Below are positions 1 to 15,000 of a DNA stretch of 64,000 bases, piece after piece (the first letter of the stretch is position 1; each line of letters opens with the position of its first letter). A program made the translations under genes and the position numbers. The stretch is from positions 6,041,754-6,105,753 of the forward strand of contig CAJINV010000005.1 of assembly GCA_905178155.1 (NCBI GenBank). The letters run 5' to 3'. Under the pieces are notes generated by a model. The model made no database searches and was not told the origin of the DNA. It saw nothing but the letters and a program-made list of their open reading frames with translations. This DNA is from Amoebophrya sp. A120. Lineage: Eukaryota; Protista; Dinoflagellata.

Positions 1-3000
1 GGTTGCGGACAGACCGGCAGTGCGCGTAGAGCTGGAATAAAGAGGCCTGAGACTGCTTTGCGGTTGAAACCGGCGCGGATCGATAAGTTGAGCTGGAAGT
101 AGAGGAGGATGGCAAATTACTTTGACGGCCAGCAGGTCGTTGGGAAGTAGTATCCTGTGCAAAAGTATCGTACTCGTACTAATTGCAGCCATGCATGACA
201 GATCTATTTTGTAAGGGAAAACAGCATTACAAATTGCATTTTTGTTCTTGAGAAACAGAAAATTTGTCATGCAGTTTATACTAGTACGATGCTTTTGCAC
301 AGGATAAGTAGATTTTGTTGCCGATTTGCTCTTCCGACTACTTATGGGAGTGTCAGGATCGAAATCGTCAGAGTTGAAATAGTTTGTCATGCATAAAACC
401 GATACCAGTTGGAAGCCCACTTACCGAGCGGCGCATGACAAATTTTGGAAGCACCCGAATCCAATTTGTCATGCTGTTTCGGCGCAGAGGACTGCTTTTG
501 TCATGCTCCTTTAGCATCTCTATCCCAAACCCTAGATAGGCTCACAATCTGCCTCACTTGCCATCTTACCAAGAGAGGCACTTCATGATCATGCCTTGCA
601 TTTTATGCATGACAAAGTATTTCAACTTTGTCGATTTCAAACCTGACGCTTCCATACTACTTGCCTTCGAAATATTTCCGCCGCCAAAGGCAGTTGTTCC
701 CCCGGTCGTGTTCAGCGACAAATTTTCTTTCAACAAAACCGCATCCTCCAGCAACTCCAACGTATCGCAACTATTCCGGTCCCCCTCAATCTGCAGTAAC
801 CGGTGGGAAACGTACCCGCCCCGCTGGATGAAATAATTGATTCTCCGGTTCACAAACGCCGGCGTCCGCAAGAGCGCTCTCTCGCTCCACAATGCGCCGT
901 GGATGTTCGGCGTGTTCTCAGCAGTTGCTGACGTGGAGATGTCGCCTTGTAAACCAGGCTGGGAAGAAGAAGAGGACCCAGACAAAGAGTTCGTCGTGGA
1001 AAAGTAGTTGTAATTTGGAAAGAACCTCGCGGTGAGATTTTTACAATGCGGACACTGGCCGTTTTGCAGCTGGAGTTGCAAAGCCTGAGACCACGCAGCT
1101 GTAGAATTGTTTGTCGTATTCGTGTTCTTACTCACTGGTAGTTGACCATTTTGCTGCATTACCTGAGGCGTTGAGATCATAGATTGTTTGTTCATGATGT
1201 TGTCATTTTTCACCATCATCGAAGCACCAGACGTGAAATTATGATCCTCTTGCAGCTGCGGGGTGCTTGCGAAATTCTCCACCAATTCGTCGCCCGCAAA
1301 ATTGTTCTGGGTTGGTGTCGCCGAAAAATAGTTGATATTCGGCCTGTCGTCACTCAGATTTGTAAAGCCCGAAGCTGCACCTCCAGACCTAGGAACTTCA
1401 TTCCGATGCTGGCCCTCGACGTGATTTTCGTGCTGAAACGCCAACGCTGCCGCGAGAGCCTCTGGGTCATCAGCCGAGTAGGATCGTCGGGGATCCACCG
1501 GAGGAGCGAAGATTGGTCTGTCAACATTATCCGGATCAATTGCACTTGCGCCGCTCAAAGTGGCCGTAATTTCCTCTTCCAAAATGCTGGAGAGCAGCTC
1601 TTGCTCCACCGCCTCACCCTCGGCCGCGAAATGACCGGCGACAGGGCGGTGGTCCCGCTTGGAGTTGTTTCCACTCCGACTCGTCATGTTGGAGACAGAA
1701 GCCCCATTCATTCTGGTAGTCGTGTCACTTCCTCCAGCACCACGGCTAAATACGGACGGACTGGGGGTTGGCAGGACTGATCCTTTCGGTGCAGTGCTGC
1801 GCAGACGAGGATCAACTTCTTCGCGTCTTGTTGTACTGTCTATGTCCACATCGTCGCTGCTGTGCGTGTTTTTCCCTTGTATTCGCTTACTTACAAACTT
1901 CTTTGCGGACGATGGAGCATTGTCCAGTCTACTTCTCGCCTCGGGCCTATTTTCCGTCGCCGGAGAGAAGGACTTCTGGTGTCGAAACAAATTTGCGCGG
2001 TCGCGGTGGGACCGACACTCGAAGATTTGCAGCTGGAGGTAGCCTGGCTGGTCGTGTACAACACTAGTGTTCCCGTTTACTGCCGTTGTTCCCCAGGTAG
2101 CAGCGGCGCCGACGCCCGTCGCTCTTGTTGGGTGTTCGGAGATCTGCGAGCTGCTTTTCTGATTCTGTACTAACTGTGGCTCGTCAAAGTTGTAAGTCGA
2201 TCCAATACTCGCCGCACTACCCTTCTGCTTCAGCCGCGTCAACATCGATAAACCTCCTGCCCCATAATTGCCACCAGAGCCACTCGCAGCTCCTGAAGTT
2301 GTTGAAGCTGTCGTTGTTCTTGCCACAACCGATTGGAAATGCCGCCCGCAATGGAAATGCTTCGCGTCCTTCTGCACGTAAACCTTCGCACCAGCTGTGT
2401 TCACCGCCTGCATTGAGAAAATCTGAATCCCCAGCCGCTCCAAATCCACATCTTCGTGCTGCTTGGTTTCCCGAGTTTCATGCACATCTTTGGGAAACAG
2501 AATGATTTCCCGCCGGTGCAAGTTCTTCGCCGGATTTTTCACCACAGCTTCAGCATTTGCGCCTGTCTTCGAAGAACTGGTAGCAGTACCACCTTGATTT
2601 GCGTTGTGCTTTGGAGAAAGAATCGTCGGATCAAGTTTGATCCCAGCATTGGTGCTCGCTCGCTTCATCTTTCCACCCGACGATGTTGCAGCGCTCGCAG
2701 TATTTCCACTGGAAATAGATGAGGTCACAACATCAGCTGACGTCGAGGAAGCGGATAAATCATTCCCGTCCTCTAATCGCATGTACAGCGGCTCGTTGGT
2801 TAAATTTTCGATTTTAATCAAGTGATCATCCCCCACACGAGACGAGAAGTCCGGTTTTTGCAGTCTTATCTGCAACGCGTTGTGGTTATACGGCAGTCCG
2901 TATCAACTGTAAAAATGTCTGGGTCTGGAAGGTTCTGACAGTTGTCACGCACGTTTTGCATGAGCCATGATGTCCGTGATGCATACCCTAGCAATACAGA

Positions 3001-6000
3001 TTTTTTGAGGGCTTCTTGATGCCTATTCCGCATGACAAATGCCTTCTCAGCGTAGCAAAAATTGCATTCCCTTTGCTACTCATGCAATGCAGATTTTCTT
3101 GGAATCCAAATGCAGCATCACAAGTCGCATTCTTCCAGACCCAGACATTTTTGCACTTGATAGTCCGCTTTTCAGCTGCATATCCTTCGAGATCTCAACC
3201 CGAATCATGTCCGCTGGCGGAAAGATCTTTTTCCTGCGTTGTGGTCTACTACCTTTCGCGCCTGTGGCGGCTTCGTAACCTGCTGCAGCTACACCGCCTT
3301 TGTTCACGGAAGCGCGCGCTTTGATGCCGTCTGTACCTCCGGCGGACCCAGCTCCACTTTGATGTTCGTTCTGCTGCATCAGCTGCGTCACAGACATCCT
3401 CTCCCCAATAGTCGCTGGAAGCAGGCCCGCACTGTAACTGCGGTCACTGCTGGCGAGCACGTTGGTGTCTCGGGTGCCGATGCTGTCTGTGATAGTACTA
3501 CTTCTGTTTTGATGTAGCAGCTTCGTTTGTTCGTGAAAGGCTACATGCTTACTATTTTCCTTTTCGCTCTCGCTTACGCTTTTGTCCCCCAATTGCCTAC
3601 TTTCTTCCTGCTCCGAGTCGTCAAATTTCAGCTGCCTTGGCTGAACTAACGACGAGTCCTTGGATTTGTTATCATCCAGGCTGACGCTGACAGAAACACT
3701 GTTATCATCGTTGGCGGAGGAGGGCTGAGCAGGCTCGTCGTGCAGTTCGTGATCATCCCGTGACGCTTTCGGTTTGCTCCTTGGTCTCTCTGGCGGGAAC
3801 AAAACGTTGTCGTGATGTCGAGTAGTACGACCCGAACCTGGTTTGTCGTTGTGATCATGGAGATGTGCTTCAGTTTCTCTGTCTCTCCCTGACAAATTAT
3901 ACATGGAGCTGCTCAGAGACTGCTTTGTGGGCTGCTGGGTTCGTCGCCCGACACTGCTTTGCGGACTGCTGGGTCTTTGTCTTTCCTCGGCGACACCCCC
4001 GTCGGAGGAAGAGGAGGCTGATTTGCCGCTGCTGCTTGAAGAAGACAATACAGCGTCGTCATCGGACAAAACACTACTCGCTGTTGAGTCGGTGTCAGAA
4101 GTACTACTGCTGCTTTCCGATGAATCCGAAGAGGAAGTGGAGAAAGACGATTTTGATCCACCTCCACGCTTGGCAACTTTCTCCTTTTCGTCTCGAGCAA
4201 ATTTATCCCTTCTAGATGTACTGCCCGTGCTCCCTCCCAGCTGCAATCCCAGTATCAAGTTTCTGTTCGACTCTCCCGCGGACAAGCAGCAAGACCAGGG
4301 GACGTGGAAAGTTCTCTTCAACTCGTGATCATCCAAACCAGCTGGGAGTAACCGAAACATGTCCGTCTCCCACCACAAGCTCGGATCAGACTTGTGACTC
4401 ACCCGCAGTCGACAAAGCGGTGCCTCGTGGATGTCGCAGTCGGCCGCTGGGTTCACCGCGGTGGGGGTCTGATAGGGTAGAGGGATCGGCAACTCGTTTT
4501 GCTTCTTGTTCAACACACGTTTGAGGAGATTTTGCTGATTCAAGTGCTGCTCCTGATAGTGCTGATCGACAGCAGCTGAATGATGCTGCGCGGAAAGAGG
4601 CTGCTGGTGGGCAGAATGAGGACCTGGCGTCTGTGGTGCGCCGCCGTCGTGATTGTTGTGGTGGTGGTCGTGATGTAGCCGAATCTGCATGCTGTTCTGC
4701 GGGTGGTTTATTTGTTGCTGCGACATAATACCGCCCGCCCCGGCGTATCCAGCGATACCGACTGCGCCTCCAGAACCCTGTGCAATTCCTCCGCCACTTC
4801 CTCCCAGCGCTCTCTGAATTGCCGCAGCGGTAGCACCCGTCGCGCCAAATTGGTTCGCCGCAGATGAAGAACTACCTCCAGGAGCAGTGTGCTTCACGAA
4901 GAACAGACAGACGACCAAATCCGGATCGATCTCCTGAGAAATCGTAAACCGATCCACCACCGTCAACACCTTCGTCATTACCAAAGGCGCGGGGTGGTAC
5001 CGCACGCATAACCCTAGCCAAATCGACGGCTGCTCCTGCAGTTTTTGCTTGAGCAGTAGTTTCGCGATCAAGTCGTCTGTTTGCTTAATTTGAAGTTCAT
5101 GCTTCTCCTTCTCTTTGAGCTGTAATTGTTGCAATTTTGCCGCCTCTACTGGGTTTGATGTTGTACCACCTCCGCCCTGACCACTGTTGGTGAGAAGAGA
5201 TGATTCGTGCTGCGCGGAAGATACGAAAGCTTGTCCTGCTCGTTCGACCGCACTGCTACTTACAGAATTGAGTATCATCGACGCCCTATCTTGGCTCGAC
5301 GACGCAGCGAATCTTGGTGGCACCACTACACCGGTGCTACTGCTGCGGTTGGGATTGAGCGTTGCACTTCCTCTTGCTGCGGCAGAAAGATCATCACTGG
5401 ATGACCGGTAGGCATTTTTTGCCGTCTCCACCATCGAGGCTGACATTTTTGGACACCAGAACGCCCGGGCGACGCTCGGGGTCACGACCAGAGACTCTAT
5501 CGGGTGAATCGCGAGTATGAATTTTCCCTCTGGCAAGCACCAAGTGACCAGGGCGAAAACTCGCGTTTCTATCCTTTTCGTTGAAGACGCAGGTGAGTCG
5601 GTTCTTTTGTGATGCGCCGCCCCTGCTGGTAGTGCTGCTTTAATTCCATCATGTGCTTCAACATTTTTATCGTCGCGCTCTCTCCTCGCCGCATGAGCAC
5701 TGTTTCGGGTTAAAATGTCCAGTCTTTCCGGTTCGAAATTGCTATCTTCATCAACCAACACTTCGTCCACATCCCCCGTGATTCGCGGCTCAAAAACTGC
5801 CTTCGGAACCGAAGGTCGGTAGAAAGCGACTTCTTCATCGATCATGTCATTTTCAAAAACCGCCGAATTATCCGCTGGCGTCGGCCCGTCTCGCGGCGTG
5901 TCAAATTCCAACTCGTCTTGTTTCATCCTGTGCAAAAGTATCGTACTCGTTGTAATTGCAGTCACGCATTACAAATTTTTTTCTTAGGGTAAATCCGCAT

Positions 6001-9000
6001 GACAAATTTTATTTCTACTCACGCTGGGGAGATTTCTTGTAATGCTTTTATACGAGTACGATACTTTTGGTGCAGTTCATATGTTTCGAGATTTCCTGCG
6101 AGGCTGCGGACTCCATCTGCTGCTTGCTACTGTCGTTGTCGTCGCTTGAAGACGAAGTGTTCTTATCGCGATGGCGATCTTTCTTGTTATCAGCGGTTGT
6201 CACCGACATAACGGGCATAGACGCAATGTAAACTTCGGACACCAAACCAGTACACCCTGGCTCCCGAAGGAAATCGACCGGGTCTGCGGGGTCGTGGATC
6301 AATCTGTGCTGCTCTTCCAGCTGATTTTCCGTGATGAATAGCCGTTTCAGTCCGGTGGGTGGCAAATAATCACCACGATGATGATAATTCATTCCCAGCA
6401 CACCGCCAACAGTTGTGTTGTGAACAAAACCCTGAAAATCTTTTTCCACTTTCCACACTTCCCCATGGTGCGTTGTACTAGCAAGGAGTAGAAACTCCCG
6501 AGCTTCTGCTAATTCCTCCTCAATGTCAAACTCCTCGTCGAAACCCGGTAAATCCGCGGCTTCTTTCTGGTTTTTCTGCTCCACATCCTTCGGCGAAATG
6601 GGAATGGAGGACTCTGCGTGAGGAACTTGTTGGTCTAGGAGTACGTCCACAGCTTTGATGTTATTGCCCGTAGTTGTGGTTGCAGTAGCAGTGGTCTTGG
6701 GTAGTGTCGTTTCCGTTTCTCCATCCGAGGAACTCCGACCTGCTTTGTAGTTCCTTGCTGCGCGGGTCGTTCTCATCTCCCTCGAGCTTCTTGTCGTACT
6801 CGTGATATCGTCACTCAATTTATACACAATGTGCTCGCGCCGGTCCTGCGCAATAGACTCCAGAAGGACTACTGGCTTGTTGAGGAGCATCGGCAAATCT
6901 TGATACGTGGGCGCAGTAGGACCAGCTTCGGGCAGCTCTTCGCCTGGGGTTTTGTGGTGATGGTGATGATGTTCGTGATGGTGGTGGCCATGACCACCAT
7001 GATGACCGCGGTGTTCTGCATTCTCTTGCTGCAAAAGCAGTTCCATACCAATCGCGTCTCGTCTGTCCTTTACGCTTTCCGTGTGGTACAGAAAGTTCGC
7101 AGCGGCGATTAGCGGTAGGAAGAGATTTTGCTCCATCTTGGTCGTCAAGTTCACCCGTAGCGGTCGGCGGTCTCGTTGCAAATCACCCAGGTCTTTCACG
7201 GAAGGGAGCTGCTTCAAAAAATTATTATCCGCCCTTTCCGTCGGATAAAGGACCGCGTGGGTTTCCTTTTCATCTTTATTTTCAGAAGTGCTTCTGTCTT
7301 TCGCCAGACCCCGGGTTTTGGTTTCTGCCATCTCGGCGCCGAGAAGTTTCGCGTTTGTTTTAGCCCTGGGTATGACAGCGGGGCGAGAGGAAGCGTTAGG
7401 AGGTGGACTTCCAGTTCCGGAGGCAAGATCCTGTTCTTTTCCTATTTTCTGCCGCCCGGGGAGGTCTTCGCTGATATCGAGATCTTCGAGCGGATTCTTG
7501 ACAGGAGCCTCTCTACTTTCTTGAGTTCGATACTCATTTTCTTTCCCATTCACTTCTACTGGGCTTGTAATTCCACTTGGACTCGGACTGACAACACTCG
7601 CTGTTTCCCCAGCGGGGGACGACAACGGCGAAGACAACTCATCCTCCACTACATCGACCACTGCCACCCCAGCTGTTTTCCTTGCCGGCGGTACAAAAGC
7701 ACCAGAAGCTGCGCCCGTCCGCTCATACGCCGCTGTCGCAGTAGCCGTAGCTTGCGCGGTTGACATACCCAACATCCGCAAATACGCACCGCTCTGCGCG
7801 ATCGTCCCCTGTGCCGTCTCCTGAATGTCATTCACGAGCGCTTTCACTTTCGACAAAACCTTCTTCGCTTTGGACTTCTTTTTCTTCACAGTCGTGACAT
7901 GCCCCAAAGTGACCCCCTGGGACCCGAGTTTAAACGTGTTGTAGCTATAGGAAGATTCCGCACCTCTTTTGCACACCAATCTGGAAAACGCGGGCAATGG
8001 CGTCGCGCTTTTGAAGCCGGATAAATGCACCGAAAGGTGCATCTTCGTCCGGTTTTCCAACAAAAACGGCGTGTAGAAGGTGATCCCGTACCTCGTAGCC
8101 TCGATTTCCATGTCCAAAGCCGGAACGGATTTGTGCAAGTGCCGGTGCAAGTAATGCGGTAAGTGATGGTACCGGTGCAGTTTCGCAGACAATTCCTGCA
8201 GAGACAAAAAAGCGCGAGACGGCCGGGCAGCGAAAATGCTTGGGAGGAACACTTTCGAGGCTACTTGTGGCGCCAACGGGGCTCTCGTCGCGCCGTAGAA
8301 ATGGTGGTCGGGGACGAAATGCCTGGAGGTAGTGATTGTAATGTCATCGTTTTCTGGGGATTTGAAATTGTCAACCGTCGCAGCCCCGGAGAAGAGATCA
8401 GCGATCAGAATTTCTTCGCACTCGGTCCAGATGGTGGTGGACGTTTTTGACGTGCTGTTCCTGTTCTTCCCTTTGCTAGCGGTGCCATCGCTACTGGAAG
8501 ATTTGTTTTTTCGCTGCACATCATCTTCACTTTGTTTCTGTGCCGCGTCATTTTCCTTTTCCTGTTCTTTATTCCTGTCCCGAAGCTCACTAGTGGAATT
8601 ATACCACTCGACGAAGACGGAGTCCCGACCCACGTGTCTCACGATCCCGGACCTTGTCGTGTGTAAAGTTTCGTGGTTCGGATTCAAATTTGGCTTGAGC
8701 ATCTGCAACTGCAGTGTCAGTGCGTCTTCGGAGTGGTGTGTTGCGTGATCATCTTTGGACGGCTTGCGAATAGCAGAAACTAGTTGTGTGGTGCTGGCGT
8801 AGTTTGGCTGCAGTGCTGTTGATCGCGCAGTGAAAGTGCTGCCTAAGAACCGTGTTGACCCTCCACCGCCTACCGTTTGGTGCGTCTGTCGCTGCAATTC
8901 CTCGAATTTCACCGAGGCAGATGTGGAGGTACTGCTGTTCCCAGCAAAAGTTGAAAATGCACCACTGGTCCCGCCCTGCAGTTGTGACTTAGTGCCTTGA

Positions 9001-12000
9001 CCAGTGCTATTATTTTCCACAACATCAGTGGTCACGGTCCTTTGCTCGAGCAGACACAACCCGGGCGCAAGCCGACTGTTCCTGTTGGCATCAAAGCCTC
9101 CTGAAAGTGCGGGAATGCTGTTTTGATACTGCACTTGCCCATCAAGAGTTGCATCGAAATCCCCTCCGCCGCCTGCATTGCCAGCCGCTTGCTGTTCTAG
9201 CAAAATCAGGTCGCGCATCCTATCCCCTGAAAATTAACCATTTCCATCCACTTTTTGCATGACAAACACAGATTTCACTTGACGCGTTTCGCATGACTAC
9301 TTGGATGGGAGTGGTTAATTTTCAGGGAATACATCCAGTTTGGCGAAAACAAGCTGCCGCAGTGCCAGGCATCCGACGGCGCGTAGACTTTCACGTACAA
9401 AAACCGTTTCGCAAACGGTAAATGCAGCGTCTCGTTCTCGGATAGAATGAACGCCGATACGTTCAGAACCTGTTCCAAAATCTCATGGTCCTTTTCCGCC
9501 TGAGACTTTTGGAATTTCAAATTTTCAGCCGCCACACCGAAGATTTTTCCAGCAGCTTTGGAGAAGAGGTGGGCAGAGGAGCTTTTTGTTCCACCTCCAC
9601 TTGATGTTCCTGCTACACCTATTTCAGAATCGCCTTGCGGCAGAGAATTCTTACCCGCGCCTCTCAGCGCAAGCACGTCGTCATCGAAGTAGTCGTCGTC
9701 GGAGGAAGTACTGAATTCATCCTCTTTATTCTCATTTAACATCAACTGCGGCCTTGTACTGGAACCGCCTGATAGTACCGCCGTGCTAGTATGAGCGCTG
9801 TCCGTGGATTTGCTGCCTGCGAAGGAAGCTAACTTCGAATTCGTCAAATTCAAACCACTGGAAATATTGCCCACCGCCTTGGCTCGGAGTTGGAGGAAGC
9901 GGCTCCGTTTGTGCTGGGTCTCGGCGCTCGTACCAGCAGCGAATGCGGGTCTACTGTTCCTGGATCTACTCTTTTCTGGGTGGAGGTCTCTATTTCGCTC
10001 GCCAGGGATTGCTAAGTTATCGCCGGAAGTGTCGTAGTCGTCTATGTCAATGATCGCGGCAGCATTACTCAAGTCGTCATTGCTGCCATCGCCGCCGGGG
10101 CTCGTCGGGACAATCCCCGCTGCTTCCGAATCATCTCCGATGTTGAAACCCCTCGTCGTGCCAGTCCTACTGGAACTAGAAAGAGCACTTGCGCTGGCTG
10201 AACCCGCGTAGTGCTGCTCTCGACCCCCTCCCATAAGCGATTGCTGACTAGAAGCGTGCTTCGTTACTCTCCCACCGCCGAACAAATCGGCCGAAACTTC
10301 GTGCGTGGTTGCTTGGTTTTGCTCGGATGAAAGTTGGTTCACCACACGGTCGCCCACGATAGCGGAAGCCATGTCGCTGAAATAGGACCCGAAATGCTCC
10401 GCACGAAAGCGCTGGGAAGAGGTCGTGGAGGCGAAAAGGCGTAGATATGAGGTTTCTTCGGACTCCCAAATGACTCGGTGGTGCACAAAGCTATGATCTT
10501 TTGATGAGTCGCTAGTTGTATTTTTACCATGCTGCCCGCTTGTAGAAGTGCCAGTCTCATTTGCACTACTTCCACTCGCGGCTTGTCCGGTCGTGGTCGC
10601 AGGATTGTTCTCTTTCGCCGGACCAACCACCCCACCGCCTCCCATTCTCTCCCACGAGAAGCACACCCGGTCAATCTTCATCTTGTCTAAACTGCCGTGG
10701 TGACCAGTGCTGTTCTCGAAATTTTTTGCGAAAAAGACCTTTTCCAGCACGTCCGCAGGAATTTTGTTTTTCTCTCTATCCACCGCACCCGGAATCGGCG
10801 ATAATTGCACCACAATTGGAAACGGTAGCTTATTCTTCAACTCCGTGACCCCATTCACATGGACAATCCGCATTTGCGCAATCCCATCTGGAATCCCAGA
10901 CGGAGCGCTGCTCTTCCGGCTAAAGAGATTCGCGCCAGTTTCGAAGTTGTACGAGGCTCTTTTAGGATTATTCTTGCCAGTGCCTCCACCAGTCGCAGAT
11001 GCTCCACTTCCACCTCCATGTCGGTTCAGAACATTTCCAGGTACGTACGCCACGTCGGTACATTCAATATTGCCGACGAGCTTGAGAAATCGAGAAAACA
11101 GAATCGTGAAATTCTTCTTGTCGTCCTGCAGGTTCGTCTCTGCGGCTTTTGCGTTCAACAACTTCCCCAGATCCGTAAAGGGAAGCTCCTCGTAATACAC
11201 CTGTTCATAGCTGCCAAAAATTTTCGTGCGGATAAAACACCGCCTCTCCTTCCGAGCAAACCAGTGAAGCGGGATGTGGGCGTAGCTGTAAGGAGCAACG
11301 TGTAATGTCCAGAGCTTGCTGTCCCACGGGTCTTTGGTTTGATACCGATCTTCGGGTAGAAATTCTTCGGCAGCCGCAGCCTTCTCCTGTTTTATTTTGC
11401 TTTGTAGTCTTATTCCCGCATCTTTTTTACGAGTTGCGCTACTGCCCGGGCTTGTCTGCGGCGAGCTGGTGCCTCCTGCAGGCTTCGCTTGCACCACCTT
11501 CGACGCTGCTGTAGGCGAAGCACCAGCATCTTTGCCGCTATCCCCTGCACCTCCTTTCAGACTGGAAGGAGATGTCGCGCTTGCTGGGCTTTGGGCGTCC
11601 TGCTTCTGCTGTTCCTGGTCTGCAGCACCGCTACTATTTGCGGTGCCGTTGGTGGTTGATGTCGTTGCCCCACCAGTCACGTTCACCAGCTCTGTCCCGG
11701 CTGCCAGAACTAGTTCCGCTAACTGCGTCAGAGCGCTGGGCGCCGGGTGGGGTTCTATCCGCACCTGAAACGGGACTCCGGTGTGGTTGTAAATCATTAC
11801 CGTTGAAGTGATACGCATCGCGACAGTGGTTTTTGTGGTTGGCAGAGTTGTGGAGTTAGAACTGCTCGACGTCGTCCCAGCCAGCATCTTGCTGTTTCTT
11901 CCGTCAGCAAGAACTCTTTCGGTCTGTTCCTCGCTTCTGACACTGGTCGCTTTACTGTAGATCGAGGACTTCGCCGAGAGAAATCTACCACTTTTGTTCT

Positions 12001-15000
12001 GTCTTTGCAGTACTCCTTCCGGCGGACTGCTGCTTGTTCTGTCGATGTCCTCAATGGCGAGCATTCTCGAAGTTACCGGGAGAACACCAGATAAACCCGG
12101 GTGGAATTGTTGATGACAAAGTCCCGCTGCTTGTACCAGAACGACAGGACCGAGGTCCGCGAGAGTGTAAGCCCTTGGGCAGTGGTAATTCAACCTCCCC
12201 AATTGCATGCTAGGTTTGCACTGCAACCCGCCAATCTTGCTGATCGAGATAAACTCCTGCTCATTAACCGTTGGTGACGTTGCTTGGAAAAACAGCGTCG
12301 TCAGCGGCTGCTCGTTTTCATGCTGGTGCTGCTGTCTGCTTTTGCGGTTGTAGTAGCGCGGCCTGCTGTGCAAAGCGGTAGTGCTTCGCAGATTTCTGGT
12401 GGTTCGGCGAGCTGGCATGAAACCCGAGGGGCCAGTCGTTTTAGTTTTCCTTTGTCGAGAGGCGGAGGCCGTTTCTAGCGCTTTTCCTGTTTTGTTCGCA
12501 GTTCCTGTGACATCTGCTGCAGTCTCGCTTCGTGATTTTTCCGCCGCAGCCTCTGCTTTCGATTTCTCCCCCGGTGTAGCAGCAGCTGTAGCAGGATCCG
12601 CTGCAGGAGCCGTCTGCTTAGAAGCTTGTTCTGATGTTTTGTTCTGATGTTCATTGCCAGGGGGCATGTCAATCACGACATAATCGCCTTGCTCCTTTCC
12701 CTCACCGCCCCCGCCAGGGCTGTTTTCGACTTCCTCTTTGATTTTCGCGAGAGAAGTTCGCCTCCTCTTCCCAACAGCAGCCGGGGATTGCGTTTTATTC
12801 ACCGTAGTTCGTCCTACGTGTGGAGGCACAAAAATCCCGCCGACCTTCTTCCCAATGGCGAAAATTCGTCTTCTCGGCGTGCTAAACATCCTGCGCCACC
12901 GGTCCTCTTGAGTGCGAGTTCGAATCCCGCGAGTGGACACCGCCGCAGCGCCGAAGGTCGAAGATGCAGTATTGTTCAGATGAGCAGATGGGCGAAAGGC
13001 CGCAGTTCGAGGCAACAGCCTCGTCCTTCGCTTTCTAGATGTTTGGTCATGATCTTGCGCTCTGGTGATCATTTTACTCGATGCTGCCGAAGTAGAGCTG
13101 AGATCTATCCTCGCTCCGGACGAGCTTCGTGGGGGCAGTTTCTTCCCCATGACCGTAGCAGCCGATGTGTTTATGCTGCCTGTGGAAAACCTTCCCGGTA
13201 TTGTTCCAGCCCCCATCCCCATCTTGCTTCGGGTTCGACTCCCACTAGAACTCGCTGCTGTCCGGGCGTAATACGACTTTGCTACTGAAGAGGCAGCACC
13301 TGCGCGTGTTCTGTGAAGATCTGCTGAAGAAGAAGCCGCACCAGAAGTTGCAGCTCGTCCCGACGCTCCATCTATCCCACCAAACATCCGCTGCGCCTTG
13401 TGCAGTGCCCTGATATCGTCCAACAGCGAGTCAATCACACCAACACCGAGCGACAAGTCAAACTTCCCGTGCCGCCCAATTCGGTAGTGGGAAAACGTCT
13501 CGTCACTATTGAACCACTGAACGGAGCAAGTTCTAGAGTCTTTCCGAACCGCGACAACTTTGCCCTTTCCAAAAGTGTGCTGGTTTTCGTCCAGCTGCGT
13601 GTGGTCAAGGTTTTCAAAATCGTCCAGAAAATTCCAACTGTTCGTAGTGTTCCGGCCAGAACCCAAGCGACTGCTGGGCCGGAGGTACGTAAAGGGGCGC
13701 TGCGTAGTTGGTCTTCGTCCCCCTGCTGTGGATGCGCGGGGCAAAAAAGTTGTGGACGAACCTACTGGCCTCCTGCCGCTGTTGCCGTAGATACTTTTCG
13801 AGGACCCGGCTCCTGGAAACAAAGCTGTAGTTGCACGCCCTGTAGTTGACGGCGCTCGTTCCGTGATGCCGATGCTGTATTGTGACTTTAAAAATTCGTC
13901 TGGGGAAACAAACGTGATATCCTCATTTCCCCAGCACCAATCAGAGTTCGAGAGTTTCCCCTCGCTTGTCATCCCACTCACCGCTCGCTGCACGATCAAG
14001 CCAACTTTGCAGTTGTGAACGGTGACTAGATCTTTGTGCAGCGCGACGTCCCCAATCTGCATCAGCTCGAAGCCCTTTTTGAGCTGCGGGAAGTACTGCG
14101 GGTCTTCCGTAGCGATGGTTAAGTGTTGCAGGTTTCTTCTCCTCTTGTACTTGAAAACCGTTCTGTACAGCGGTATAGAAGTTTCTGGCAGTACTGACTG
14201 TCGTGCTGCACCATCTGCTGGAGGATTCCTGCTCAGGCTGCCGCCCTTGATCTCGAAGGTAGAACCTGCTATTGTTGTCCTTTTCGCAGCAGCTGGGAGT
14301 ATCGATTTCCTAAAAGCGTTCGCAGACTGTTTTCTGCCAAGAAGACCACCACTACTACTTCCAGCTACAAGTACACCCGACGTCGCACCAACACTTTGGC
14401 TCCTAGATGAACTGTTGTAGCTCGTCGTGGGCCCAGAGGTGCTGCCTCCAAATGCCCGCGCCGCTCGGTTCAACGAAGCCGCACGTCTTATGTTCGAGAA
14501 AATGTTCTCTGTCGCAGACGTGAGTTTCTTCGCTGCCCGGCCCTGCTTCGACCACGATAGAGGCTGGTGTTTCACTTCCATCGAAGTACTTTTACCTGTG
14601 GCACCGACACCACTACTAAGCCGTGACAGCGCCTTTGTAGTCCATCCCTGCTCGATTTGCTGTTGCGTTGCGACCCGGAAATCGTAGAAATCTTTCTGTA
14701 GATTTCGATTCGACCCACCCTCTAGATCCGCGGCTTCGGTCAGCACGAGCTGCTTGTTCTCATCTTCTTCGAAACTATTCGTGGTGATATCAAATGTAAA
14801 AATGTCTCCTGGGTCTGGAAGAATGCAAGATCTGTCATGCATAATTCGCATGACCCATGATGCCTGTAATGCATGACCTAGCATCGTAGACTTTTAGAGG
14901 GCTTTCAGATGCACGCTCCGCATGAGAAATGCCCTGTCCGTGTAGCACAAATTGTGCCCCTCTTGCTGGTCATGCAATACAGTTTTTTTTGGAATTCAAA

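Noticed and set aside
151-656. GCATNACAAA as the branch point (resembles TNAC)
   Set aside because: The orientation of the copy nearest the intron 3' end differs between families A and B, so a simple branch-point role is not supported.
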